Notes under the pieces: generated by a model
The model's input: only the letters and a program-made list of their open reading frames with translations
Databases searched by the model: none
What the model was told of the DNA's origin: nothing
NCBI GenBank assembly: GCA_023269435.1
Contig: JAHFTJ010000001.1
Location: forward strand, 45,329-109,328
Origin: Chlamydiota bacterium
GTDB taxonomy: Bacteria; Chlamydiota; Chlamydiia; Chlamydiales; 2-12-FULL-49-11
Reading direction: 5' to 3'
Length of the DNA: 64,000 nt
Shown here: positions 27,798 to 37,088 of the stretch, piece by piece
Layout of the letters: every line of letters begins with the position of its first letter
Numbering within the stretch: the first letter of the stretch is position 1
Translations under genes and position numbers: made by a program

Positions 27798-27972
27798 ATA
27801 TACACAAATGAATTCAAAAGTTGGGAATTTGGCAAAGCCGGCACCACATATTTGAAGTAGCGTAGCGACGTCGAAGCAGCTCAACTTGAGTAAGTTGAGC
27901 GATGCAGACGACTTAAAAGATGATGATGCCAGCGAAGTCAAAAGCCAACTTTTGAGTTTTTTTGTGTATATA
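27798..27972 (-). repeat. GC-rich palindromic repeat element (MITE/RPE-like), copy B, inverted relative to copy A
   Basis: 175 bp. Its reverse complement aligns end to end with 7065-7238. It lies between the convergent 3' ends of the S12 hydrolase and M16 peptidase genes. Confidence 0.9.
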
Positions 27973-28002
27973 ACTAGCTGACTTTGATAAGTCAGCTAGT
28001 TA
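27971..28002. terminator. Perfect hairpin abutting repeat copy B (candidate bidirectional terminator)
   Basis: TAACTAGCTGACTT-tgat-AAGTCAGCTAGTTA is a 14-bp perfect stem between convergent genes. Confidence 0.55.
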
Positions 28003-28048
28003 GAATGTAAAGCTCCATACAAAAAGATGAGAATTAATTATATATTTT

Positions 28049-30865
28049 TTAATTAACTAATGCTTCTTCCGGCAATAGGGTAGCTGTTACTAAATTTTTA
28101 TTTTTAAATAAATGATTACACAATTTCATAACATTCTCACATGTTATTTCATTATTAATAAATTCTGCATATTCTGCTAAACTTTTAATTGTATATTTAT
28201 AAAATATATTAAGCTCATGCATTCTAATTACAGTATTGTTTTCATGTAAAATATCTTTTAAAGATTGCATCTTAATTTCTTTAGTTGTGCTTATTTCTTG
28301 TTTAGTTGGCCCTAATTCTAACAAATTTTTTATTTCATTTTGAATTGCCAATTTTAACACATTAATTTTTTGAGGTTCACTTGAAAATGTTATATATATT
28401 TCAATTTCACTTAAATTTGGTGCAAATGGATAAGAGATATCTACATTAACGTTGTAAGTATCACCTAAATTTTGTCTCAATTTTTCCAACAGCCTTGTTT
28501 GCAGAATATTAGCTAAAGCTTCTGATGCAAATAAATAATTTATATCTTTATCGTTAGAATTAAATTGTTTATTATAACACAGAACACCAATAGGATGAGT
28601 ATCTATACCTTTGTAAAATACACCATCATAATTCGTTTTTATAAATGAACCTAATGGAGAAAAATAATCATCATCAATTTTATCATTTAATTTCCTTGCG
28701 TTTGATATATTAAAATTTAAATGTGTACGTATAATTTCCTTTACATCTTGTTTATTCACATCTCCAACTATTATCATTGTAAACTGTGATGGATCAGAAA
28801 AACACATTTCCATAACATCTTTAGCGATTTCCTTTGATGCATTCTTTACGCTAACATCTTTAAACAAAAGATGATCTGGATGTAATGCTGCATTTAATTT
28901 TTTAAAAAAATAAGAATAAGGATCATTGTTTAAATTTTTTCCAAATTCTTTATGTTTAATTAAAATATTCTCCCAAACACTTACGTCAAAACGTTTTAAT
29001 GTAAATATAGATCTTATTAAATCGCATAACGATTCCATATTGTCATTTTTTCCGCAAATATTTATTAATCGCAAATTGCTTCCAATAGATAAAAAGCAAT
29101 CAATATTATGTTCTGACAACCATTCTGACAAGTTAAGACCATCTAAGTTTGCCAATCCAGACTCAAAAACATATTCGACTGCCATTTTGATAGAATTAGT
29201 GTAATTTTTCGGAAGAGACGTCAACCCTCCATTTGCAACTAAGCATATCGTTACATTATTTTTTTCAAAATCTGTAGGATGAACTAACACTTTCAAGCCA
29301 TTTTCAAGTGAAAACGTTTCATAATCTACACTTCCACTTTCGGTAATTAATGGCATAGGACAATCTTCTATTTTTTCTACCTCCATTTGCTGTAACTCGT
29401 GTTGTTTATTTACACGATTTTCTATGTCGCAAGAGTGCAAATCTTCCAATAATTTTTCTATTTCTTCATTGTTTATTAAATTTTTTTTAGCAACAAAATA
29501 AAATACATTGTATTTGTTAATATCAACATGTTTTACACTCCAATTTATTATTGCATCTACATCAATTATTGGTAACAAACTACGTTGAATATTTAAAAAT
29601 ACTTCTCTATCTATATAATCTAACCCATACATAAAATGATCAATTAAATGTGATGCATGACTTGAATGAGAAATATTGTGTAAATTTTCCAATTTATCTA
29701 CAAAAATTTCTTCCAATTCTTTTTTAGCTCTAATTAATTCCTCGTTAGTTGGGCCGAACTTATTAAACATTTTCAATTCTTCATATGCAGCTTTCAATCC
29801 ATCAAGAGGTCTATCTTCAAAAAACAAAAATTCTATTTGATCAAAAATAATATTTGCAAATAATTCATCGCTACACATTGAACAACTAATAAATGGAGGG
29901 TTGTTAATCTTGCTGATGTTGTTTAATCGTCTATTCATAATAGAATTATAAAGATTAGATATTATACAATTAATTGCAGAGCTATTTGTGTAATGTTTTG
30001 CATAAAATATTTGTTCTAAAAAACAAAGACCTCCTTGATTTACAGTTAACTCACTTTCGTTAACTATTAAATTGTCAAGTTTGCCTTGTATATCTAGTGT
30101 TGTAGATGGATATTCAACTTCTGATTCATTTTTTGGAATACATTCAAAATATTTTTTTATTAAAAACTCTACCTCTTCTGCATTAAAGTTTCCAACCGCT
30201 ACAACAGCCATTCTATCTGGCCTATACCATTTTTTATAAAAATTTCTAATTATTTTAGGATCACAATTTAATATAACTTCCTTATTGCCAATTGGATGTC
30301 TTTTTTGATAAGAGGATCCTTTCAAAAAATGATCTATAAATTTAGCATTTATACGTCCATTAAAATTTTTTTTCGTTAAATTGTATTCATCAATTATTAC
30401 TGAGCGTTCATTGTTAATGAGATCGTCTTTCAATGTCGCTCTATCTGCAAAATCACTCAATATTAATATTCCATTATCTAGCGAGTCACATTTATCTAAC
30501 GGTATATTAAGAATATAATTAGTAACATCGAATGATGTATAGGCATTTATATCTGGGCCAAACTGAGATCCTATAGATTCTAAATATTTAATAATTTCCC
30601 AATCTTCAAAGTGTTTTGTCCCTCTAAATAACATATGTTCAAGAAAATGCGCTACTCCACTTTCGTTATCTTCTTCATATAAAGATCCCACTTTTACAAC
30701 CAATTGAAGATAAGCTTTATTTTTTGGGTAGCTATTTTCTTTTATATAATAAGTTAATCCATTTGTTAGACTACCAACCATAACATTTCTATCTAAAGGG
30801 ATGTAATTTTCATCTGCAAATAAAAAAAGAGCAGAAACAAGTAAATAAATAAAACGTTTAATAAT
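28049..30865 (-). CDS. M16-family (insulinase/pitrilysin-like) zinc peptidase, probably secreted
   Basis: HxxEH motif (GVAHFLEHMLFRGT) and a two-lobed ~900-aa architecture. The track ORF starts at the ATG at 30781. An in-frame signal-peptide-like extension, (I)IKRFIYLLVSALFLFADENYIPLDRNV, lies upstream with GGAGAG (30876-30871) and ATT codons at 30865/30862, so the 5' end is uncertain. Confidence 0.85.
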   Translation of the reverse strand: MIKRFIYLLVSALFLFADENYIPLDRNVMVGSLTNGLTYYIKENSYPKNKAYLQLVVKVGSLYEEDNESGVAHFLEHMLFRGTKHFEDWEIIKYLESIGSQFGPDINAYTSFDVTNYILNIPLDKCDSLDNGILILSDFADRATLKDDLINNERSVIIDEYNLTKKNFNGRINAKFIDHFLKGSSYQKRHPIGNKEVILNCDPKIIRNFYKKWYRPDRMAVVAVGNFNAEEVEFLIKKYFECIPKNESEVEYPSTTLDIQGKLDNLIVNESELTVNQGGLCFLEQIFYAKHYTNSSAINCIISNLYNSIMNRRLNNISKINNPPFISCSMCSDELFANIIFDQIEFLFFEDRPLDGLKAAYEELKMFNKFGPTNEELIRAKKELEEIFVDKLENLHNISHSSHASHLIDHFMYGLDYIDREVFLNIQRSLLPIIDVDAIINWSVKHVDINKYNVFYFVAKKNLINNEEIEKLLEDLHSCDIENRVNKQHELQQMEVEKIEDCPMPLITESGSVDYETFSLENGLKVLVHPTDFEKNNVTICLVANGGLTSLPKNYTNSIKMAVEYVFESGLANLDGLNLSEWLSEHNIDCFLSIGSNLRLINICGKNDNMESLCDLIRSIFTLKRFDVSVWENILIKHKEFGKNLNNDPYSYFFKKLNAALHPDHLLFKDVSVKNASKEIAKDVMEMCFSDPSQFTMIIVGDVNKQDVKEIIRTHLNFNISNARKLNDKIDDDYFSPLGSFIKTNYDGVFYKGIDTHPIGVLCYNKQFNSNDKDINYLFASEALANILQTRLLEKLRQNLGDTYNVNVDISYPFAPNLSEIEIYITFSSEPQKINVLKLAIQNEIKNLLELGPTKQEISTTKEIKMQSLKDILHENNTVIRMHELNIFYKYTIKSLAEYAEFINNEITCENVMKLCNHLFKNKNLVTATLLPEEALVN

Positions 30866-30891
30866 ATTATCTCTCCAATTAAGAAAAAAAA

Positions 30892-31386
30892 TTAATCTCT
30901 TTTTACAGCTTTAAATCCACACCCAGGTAAAATTTTTGGATATCCAAAATATTCAATTCTTGGCCACATACGACAAATAGCTGGACGCATATGATAGCAA
31001 CAGCATTTTCCATCTTTTGTAAAATACCTGCACCCCATAAGATAGACGTTAATGTTATTGTATTTGTAAACATTCTTATCTCTTCGATAAAACCCATTTA
31101 TCTCAGTATGCCAGAATTTGTCTAATATAGAAAATGGCCACTTCAATTTTCTAATTAAAATATAGTGACAGCAATTTCCCCTCTTTTTACATTTGCCAAT
31201 TTGTTTGTATGGCGGCTTAATTATAAATTTGGCAATTTTTTGTGCGAAAATGTCTAAAATTACAAATGGCACGACAAGAGCTCTGATTGGCCAACGAATA
31301 AAATTAGGGAGAAATTGCCTAGGTATTCCACCGTCTGGTTCAATTAGATGATTTCTATTTGAATTATGTAAAATTTTATCAATCAT
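30892..31386 (-). CDS. YkgJ/UPF0153-type Cys-cluster (zinc/iron-chelating) protein
   Basis: 164 aa with Cys clusters CKKRGNCCHY and GCRYFTKDGKCCCYHMRPAICRMWP. Confidence 0.6.
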   Translation of the reverse strand: MIDKILHNSNRNHLIEPDGGIPRQFLPNFIRWPIRALVVPFVILDIFAQKIAKFIIKPPYKQIGKCKKRGNCCHYILIRKLKWPFSILDKFWHTEINGFYRRDKNVYKYNNINVYLMGCRYFTKDGKCCCYHMRPAICRMWPRIEYFGYPKILPGCGFKAVKRD

Positions 31387-31446
31387 ATAGCTTGAAAAAG
31401 ATTATGCCAAGTTGTATATATATAATGTATAAAAATGAGGTAAAAA

Positions 31447-31881
31447 ATGTCACATAAGTATTTAACAAAACAAAACGAAACTCCTTTGCACAAAATTGTT
31501 CGTTCATTTTGGAGTGAAGATGGTTTAAATTTTTTTAATGATGTAAATTTTTCTTGCAACCAAAATCATCCAAACATCTCACTTTCTGAAGACAATAACA
31601 ATATTTACGTAGATGCTGGAGTCCCTGGATTAGACGACGAAGATATAGAAATCACAATGGAAAACAAAACTCTATGGATTCATGGTCAAAAATCAGAAAA
31701 GGAAGATGAAAAAAAATATCACTACAGAGCTAAAAGTTCATACTCTTACCAAATAGCACTTCCTGAAAATGTAGATGAATCGTCAGATCCTGAAGCAAGC
31801 TACGATAAGGGAATGTTGCATATTGTTTTTAAGAAAAAAAAGAATGAAGATCCAAAAAAAATAAACATAAAAAGAAAATAA
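31447..31881 (+). CDS. Small heat-shock protein (Hsp20/alpha-crystallin family)
   Basis: 144 aa with an alpha-crystallin domain pattern (VDAGVPGLDDEDIEITMENKTLWIHGQK...YSYQIALPENVD...ASYDKGMLHIVF). Confidence 0.85.
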   Translation: MSHKYLTKQNETPLHKIVRSFWSEDGLNFFNDVNFSCNQNHPNISLSEDNNNIYVDAGVPGLDDEDIEITMENKTLWIHGQKSEKEDEKKYHYRAKSSYSYQIALPENVDESSDPEASYDKGMLHIVFKKKKNEDPKKINIKRK

Positions 31882-31891
31882 CTTTTTTACA

Positions 31892-31932
31892 ATGTATTCC
31901 ACATTCCGCTATCTGTGGGATGTGGAATACAT
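31892..31932. terminator. Hairpin between convergent hsp20 and tyrS
   Basis: ATGTATTCCACAT (31892-31904) pairs with ATGTGGAATACAT (31920-31932), with a 15-nt loop. Confidence 0.55.
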
Positions 31933-31937
31933 GCTTC

Positions 31938-33206
31938 TTAGTGGTTTTTTACAATAATTTGATAGTAAAGTCTTTTTCCCAAAGATAACTTAAAATCATT
32001 TTTAGTTAATGATTCTATTAATAAATTAAAATCTATAACTTTATCAGAATTTATTGTAACCCCCCCGCCCTGAATTAATCGTCGCAATTCGCTTTTGCTT
32101 TTATTTTTTTGAAGAACAGAGCATAGGGAAATTAAAGTCAATCCATGAAAATCCAGGCCAAGCTCTTTTAAAGAAATTGACTCAAATTCTATTAAGTTAT
32201 CATTTCGAGACTGAACCTGTTTATAAAAATACTCAGCACTACTCTCAGCCAATTCAACTCCATAAAATTGCTTAACAATATCATAAGCTAGTTCTTTCTT
32301 TACATTCATAGGGTTAACAAAACCATCAGAGATCTCTTTAAGGCGAGTTTGCAATAAGTCTTCATGGAAATCGCATACAAGTCGAGCATACTCTTCAATT
32401 AAATTGTCTGGAATAGACATTACTTTTCCGTAAATATTATTAGGCTCTTCCGCAATGCCAATATAGTTATTAAGCGATTTTCCCATTTTTTGATGACCAT
32501 CTGTTCCTCTTAATATTGGAACGCAGATTACAATTTGAGGTCTCTTTCCAAAGGCGTTTTGAATATCTCTACCAACTAAACAATTAAAAAGTTGATCGGT
32601 TCCGCCAATTTCAATATCTGCTTCTACCATTAATGAATCATATCCTTGAATAATTGGATAGATGAGTTCGTGAAAATAAATTGGTATATTGGACTTATAA
32701 CGATTATTAAAATCATCGCGTTGCAGAATTTGAGACAAAGTAACCTTAGAGAGAATTCCAACTAAATCTGTCATTTGTAATTTATTAAACCATTTAGAGT
32801 TAAAGTGAACTTCTGCCTTAGAGAGGTCTATAATTTTAGACAGTTGCCCTAAATATGTTTCAGCATTTATGGCAATTTGCTCTTTCGTAAGTGGCGGACG
32901 CGTTTTGTTGCGTCCGGTAGGATCGCCAATACCAGCAGTAAAATCTCCAATAATAATTATTATTTTATGCCCATAGTTCTGAAACTCTTTAAGCTTTTTT
33001 AGGACAACAACATGTCCTAAGTGCAAATCTGGAGCTGTTGGATCAAACCCAAGTTTTACCCTCAGAGGAACATTACTTTGACTGCTCCACTTAAGCTTTT
33101 CTTCTAAACCGTTTGATGGAATGATAATTTCTAAATTTTTCTTTAATTTTTCCACTTTCACATCAAAACTCTCTATAGAATGCTCATTGCTGTTCATATA
33201 ATTCAA
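31938..33206 (-). CDS. tyrS: Tyrosyl-tRNA synthetase
   Basis: HIGH-type motif (PDLHLGHVV), KMSKS-type motif (KMGKSLNN) and a C-terminal S4-like domain. Confidence 0.95.
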   Translation of the reverse strand: MNYMNSNEHSIESFDVKVEKLKKNLEIIIPSNGLEEKLKWSSQSNVPLRVKLGFDPTAPDLHLGHVVVLKKLKEFQNYGHKIIIIIGDFTAGIGDPTGRNKTRPPLTKEQIAINAETYLGQLSKIIDLSKAEVHFNSKWFNKLQMTDLVGILSKVTLSQILQRDDFNNRYKSNIPIYFHELIYPIIQGYDSLMVEADIEIGGTDQLFNCLVGRDIQNAFGKRPQIVICVPILRGTDGHQKMGKSLNNYIGIAEEPNNIYGKVMSIPDNLIEEYARLVCDFHEDLLQTRLKEISDGFVNPMNVKKELAYDIVKQFYGVELAESSAEYFYKQVQSRNDNLIEFESISLKELGLDFHGLTLISLCSVLQKNKSKSELRRLIQGGGVTINSDKVIDFNLLIESLTKNDFKLSLGKRLYYQIIVKNH

Positions 33207-33329
33207 TAAATTACCAATATGATTTTTAAAAAAATAAATTCGACAAGTTTTAAAACTAAATTGTCATACAAAAATGAAAAAAACACAACTACAAAAAAAT
33301 CTAAAAATTCGAAATAAGGAAAAACTCTA

Positions 33330-33359
33330 TTGACAACTTTCTCTCTTGCTTGGTAAAAT
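33330..33359 (+). promoter_or_regulatory. Candidate sigma-70-type promoter upstream of dnaN
   Basis: TTGACA (33330-33335), an 18-nt spacer and TAAAAT (33354-33359), 32 nt upstream of the dnaN ATG. Confidence 0.4.
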
Positions 33360-33390
33360 ATGTTGTTATGTTAGATATAGTTTATAATAT

Positions 33391-34509
33391 ATGAAATTTG
33401 TTGTTCAAAGAGAATCCTTACTCTCTCTTATCGGTAAAATACAAGGTATTGTTCCAACGAAAGCAATTATACCTATACTTTCTAACGTATTAATAGAAGC
33501 TTTTGACAGACAAATCGTGATTACTGCTACAGATATAACTGTTACAATGCGCTCAAAAATAGACGCTCAAATCGAAGAATGCGGCACGATAACCGTTCCA
33601 GCTAGGAGATTTTTTCAATTAATAAGAGAGTTAACAGCTCCAGATATTTATTTAGAAACTGATACCAACGGCATCGCACGTGTAACATCTGGAACATCTC
33701 ATTTCATGCTTCATGGTATGGATAGTAGTGAATTCCCATCTTTTCAAAGTGTAAATGATGGCATATCATTTAATATAGAATCTTCAGTTTTAAAAGAAAT
33801 GTTATCTAATACTGCATTTGCAGTAGCAAAAGAACACGACAATCAAGCTCTTACTGGACTTTTACTAGAGCTTATTGATGGAAAAGCTACCGCTGTTGGA
33901 ACAAATGGCAAACGATTGGCAAAAATGGATAAATCAATAAATTTTAACAACGCAAATAAAAGTACAAGTGTTATTCCAATAAAGACGGTTGAAGAAATAA
34001 TAAAACTTTTAAACAATGATTCTCAAAATATCACAATAAACATCGTCGACGATAAAATTTCTTTAGAATGTGACCAATGGTGCATAGTATCAAAACTTAT
34101 ATCAGACAAATACCCAGACTATAATAGGATTATACCAAGTAAAGAAGAAATCAAGGAGATCACTATACACAAAGATGAATTGATGACTCTATTAAAACAA
34201 TTATCACTTTTTACTTCTGAAGCGAATAATTCTGTAAAATTTACATTTGTTGATGGGGAGCTGCAATTACAAACTATAAATAGAGATATTGGCGAGGGTA
34301 AAGTGAAAATGCCTGTAGATTACAGTGGCAGTCAATTGGAAATCGCATTTAATCCAAATTATTTTTTAGACATCCTAAAGCATTGTAAAAAAGAAACAAT
34401 AAATTTTGGAGTTAGCAATTCAGTAAATCCTGGTTTGATAGTTGATTCGTCCGATAGTCAAAGTTCACCAAATGTTGTATTTGCATTAATGCCATTGCGC
34501 ATTTTATAA
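33391..34509 (+). CDS. dnaN: DNA polymerase III beta sliding clamp
   Basis: 372 aa with three-domain clamp length and characteristic N-terminus (MKFVVQRESLLSLIGKIQGIVPTKAIIPILSNVLIEA) and C-terminus (ALMPLRI). Confidence 0.93.
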   Translation: MKFVVQRESLLSLIGKIQGIVPTKAIIPILSNVLIEAFDRQIVITATDITVTMRSKIDAQIEECGTITVPARRFFQLIRELTAPDIYLETDTNGIARVTSGTSHFMLHGMDSSEFPSFQSVNDGISFNIESSVLKEMLSNTAFAVAKEHDNQALTGLLLELIDGKATAVGTNGKRLAKMDKSINFNNANKSTSVIPIKTVEEIIKLLNNDSQNITINIVDDKISLECDQWCIVSKLISDKYPDYNRIIPSKEEIKEITIHKDELMTLLKQLSLFTSEANNSVKFTFVDGELQLQTINRDIGEGKVKMPVDYSGSQLEIAFNPNYFLDILKHCKKETINFGVSNSVNPGLIVDSSDSQSSPNVVFALMPLRIL

Positions 34510-36066
34510 TTCATGTAATAAAGTTGCGATTATTTCATCGCTCGATATTATTTTTCCGTTACAAATATTCAACATATCATTTGCTAATGCTTTCCCCAAT
34601 TCGACCCCCTCTTGATCAAATGAATTGATCCCCCAAATCCATCCCTGATATACAGCGTAATGTTCGTGATATGCTAGTAAATTTCCTATAGAATAAGCAT
34701 CTAACTTATCAGATATTAAAATATGAGATGGACGATTACCTGAAAAATATTTATTATTATTTGCATTGTATTTACCGCGTGCTAACGCTAAACTCTGAGC
34801 AAACATATTAACTGTAAGTTTTTTTTGGTTTGTTGTGCCATCTATTATATCGTCACACTCTAGCTGACTCTCTCTAAACCCTATAAACTCTATTGGAATT
34901 ATTTCTGTTCCTTGATGAACGGCTTGAAAATAAGAATGCTGACATTGAGTACCTACAGTTCCAAATACAATTGGAGATGTACTCCATGTTATCAAAGAGC
35001 TATCATTTTGTAAGGTGGATTTACCATTTGATTCCATAAATAGTTGTTGTAAATGCAAAGAGTATTGATGCATACACTGCGAATATGGAATGACTGCATA
35101 GCTTGAGTAATTTAAAAAATTTCTATTCCAAATTCCCAATAATGCTCCAAAAAGAGGGAGATTTTTAGTTGGATCTTTTTCTGTTAAAGCATGTACATCC
35201 ATATCATGCATACCATCTAAAAAACTCATCCACATATCAATGCCAAAAACAAATGCCAACGGTAATGCACCAACCATGCTTGATAACGAATATCTTCCAC
35301 CTATAAAATCCCACACATAAAAAACTTCGCAATAATTCGATCTATTGTCTATTTCACTTCCAGGGCTAGTTATTGCAACAAAATGTTTTTTAGAATTAAA
35401 CCCTTTAGCTTCAAATTTCTTGCGAAATAGTTCTTGTTGAGATTTTATCTCAATTGTTGTGCCGGATTTAGAAATCACAGCCACGATAGTCGATTTCATA
35501 TCTATCTCCTTCAGTAGACTTAGAGCATCATCTGAATCGACACTAGAAATAAACATCAACCTTCTGTTGTTTTTCGAATGTACTTTATAAGCGTTGTAAA
35601 TAGCATTAATACCTAAATAAGAGCCGCCTATTCCAACTACCACAATAGTAGAAATTTGGTTTAATTTAGATAAAAAAATTTTTAATTTTTCAAGCTCGTT
35701 TCTGTACAATTTAGAAACATTAATTATAGCCTCACTAGAAAAGTCATTAATCGAATTTAGACTACGAATTGCAGTATGACCTACCGCTCTCTCTTCACTT
35801 TTTACTCCGTTTACAAAATTCATCACCTTCATGTTTTGCATATTGTACATTTTTTCATAAACATTAGCCTCTAAAGCTAATTGACAAAGATAATTTTTAA
35901 TATCTTCGTTCACCCTCTCTGTGCTATACAACAATTTCCAAGAACATGCAGATAAACTCATATTTACAATACGATTTGTATTGAAAACTACATGTTGCGT
36001 CAAGTCCGGAGGCGTTTTTGCTAATTTTTTAAGTTTTTGGTAAGCGCTATAATCTACAAATTTCAT
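34504..36066 (-). CDS. pgi: Glucose-6-phosphate isomerase
   Basis: 520 aa. SIS-domain motifs GIGGSYLG and SKSGTT.E, and the C-terminal catalytic region (GGRYSLSS...ESNGK...QHSYFQ). Confidence 0.93.
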   Translation of the reverse strand: MKFVDYSAYQKLKKLAKTPPDLTQHVVFNTNRIVNMSLSACSWKLLYSTERVNEDIKNYLCQLALEANVYEKMYNMQNMKVMNFVNGVKSEERAVGHTAIRSLNSINDFSSEAIINVSKLYRNELEKLKIFLSKLNQISTIVVVGIGGSYLGINAIYNAYKVHSKNNRRLMFISSVDSDDALSLLKEIDMKSTIVAVISKSGTTIEIKSQQELFRKKFEAKGFNSKKHFVAITSPGSEIDNRSNYCEVFYVWDFIGGRYSLSSMVGALPLAFVFGIDMWMSFLDGMHDMDVHALTEKDPTKNLPLFGALLGIWNRNFLNYSSYAVIPYSQCMHQYSLHLQQLFMESNGKSTLQNDSSLITWSTSPIVFGTVGTQCQHSYFQAVHQGTEIIPIEFIGFRESQLECDDIIDGTTNQKKLTVNMFAQSLALARGKYNANNNKYFSGNRPSHILISDKLDAYSIGNLLAYHEHYAVYQGWIWGINSFDQEGVELGKALANDMLNICNGKIISSDEIIATLLHEL

Positions 36067-36136
36067 AATTTTTTACCTCAATTCAGAATATCTCATAGAC
36101 AACAATTGAATGAAAATATATAATTATACAAAAATA

Positions 36137-36889
36137 TTACGGAGCATAGCGCAGTTTGGCTAGCGCATCTGGTTTGGGACCAGAGGGTCGGGGGTTCGAA
36201 TCCCTCTGCTCCGATTTTCTTCTAAACTTCATATAATGAATATCTCTACCCAAACTGATCCATAATTTATGAAAAAAGGATGATCCGTAATTTTCATATT
36301 CCTTTTTATAAAAAGGATCATCAAATACATTTTCCCAACTGTTGTGCAATCTCATTTCGTCTATAATTTGATCTCTGTATGGTGAATTGTCAGTAACAAT
36401 TAAGATGCAGCCACCTGGATTGCAAATTGTCGCAAGTTGCTCAACAAACGATTGTTGAATTAATCTATGTTTTGCGTGTTTTTTTTTAAACCACGGATCT
36501 GGAAAATTTATAAATAGATTTTCGATAGATTGTTTTGAAGTATAATATTTACAAAATTCTTCGGCCTTCCCATAAACAATAAATAAATTGTCTAATCCAT
36601 TATTTTTCATTTTAGACCAAATTTTACTTACCCTTTTAAATTTACACTCTACAGCTATCCAATTTATAGATGGGTTACTCTTTGCCATTTCTATAACCCA
36701 TTCGCCATTTCCACTACAAAACTCTATATAAACAGGATTGTCATTTCCAAAAATTTCATTTGAGTGTAAATGTGGCATATCAAATTTATCATGCAAACTA
36801 TAATGATGAGGTATCATCAATACGTTATCTTGAATAAAAGGCCTTCTATCATCCCACAAGTATTTATTTTTTAAATCATTTAATTTCAT
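36137..36889 (-). CDS. trmB: tRNA (guanine46-N7)-methyltransferase
   Basis: IEFCSGNGEW SAM-binding region, FPDPWFKKKHAKHR motif and a C-terminus (FHKLWISLGRDIHYMKFRRK) matching TrmB ends. The last ~25 codons are the antisense of tRNA-Pro. I prefer the ATG at 36889; the track's TTG is at 36913. Confidence 0.85.
   Translation of the reverse strand: MKLNDLKNKYLWDDRRPFIQDNVLMIPHHYSLHDKFDMPHLHSNEIFGNDNPVYIEFCSGNGEWVIEMAKSNPSINWIAVECKFKRVSKIWSKMKNNGLDNLFIVYGKAEEFCKYYTSKQSIENLFINFPDPWFKKKHAKHRLIQQSFVEQLATICNPGGCILIVTDNSPYRDQIIDEMRLHNSWENVFDDPFYKKEYENYGSSFFHKLWISLGRDIHYMKFRRKSEQRDSNPRPSGPKPDALAKLRYAP
36140..36214 (+). tRNA. tRNA-Pro (UGG)
   Basis: CGGAGCATAGCGCAGTTTGGCTAGCGCATCTGGTTTGGGACCAGAGGGTCGGGGGTTCGAATCCCTCTGCTCCGA folds as a cloverleaf by hand, with anticodon loop TTTGGGA. 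Confidence 0.9.
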
Positions 36890-36977
36890 AAGAATTACAT
36901 GATAAAAGAACAAATATTTATAAACAACAACACCTTGACTTTAATGTGTTTTTAAAGCAGTATTTTACATATTAAAA

Positions 36978-37058
36978 GCCCGGGTGGTGGAATGGTAGAC
37001 ACACCAGATTTAGGTTCTGGTGCCGTAAGGCATGGAGGTTCGAATCCTCTCTCGGGCA
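36978..37058 (+). tRNA. tRNA-Leu (UAG), long variable arm
   Basis: GCCCGGGTGGTGGAATGGTAGACACACCAGATTTAGGTTCTGGTGCCGTAAGGCATGGAGGTTCGAATCCTCTCTCGGGCA. Anticodon loop TTTAGGT, with a class II variable arm. Confidence 0.9.
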
Positions 37059-37088
37059 AAAAATTTTTCAATGGCCACAATCATATAA

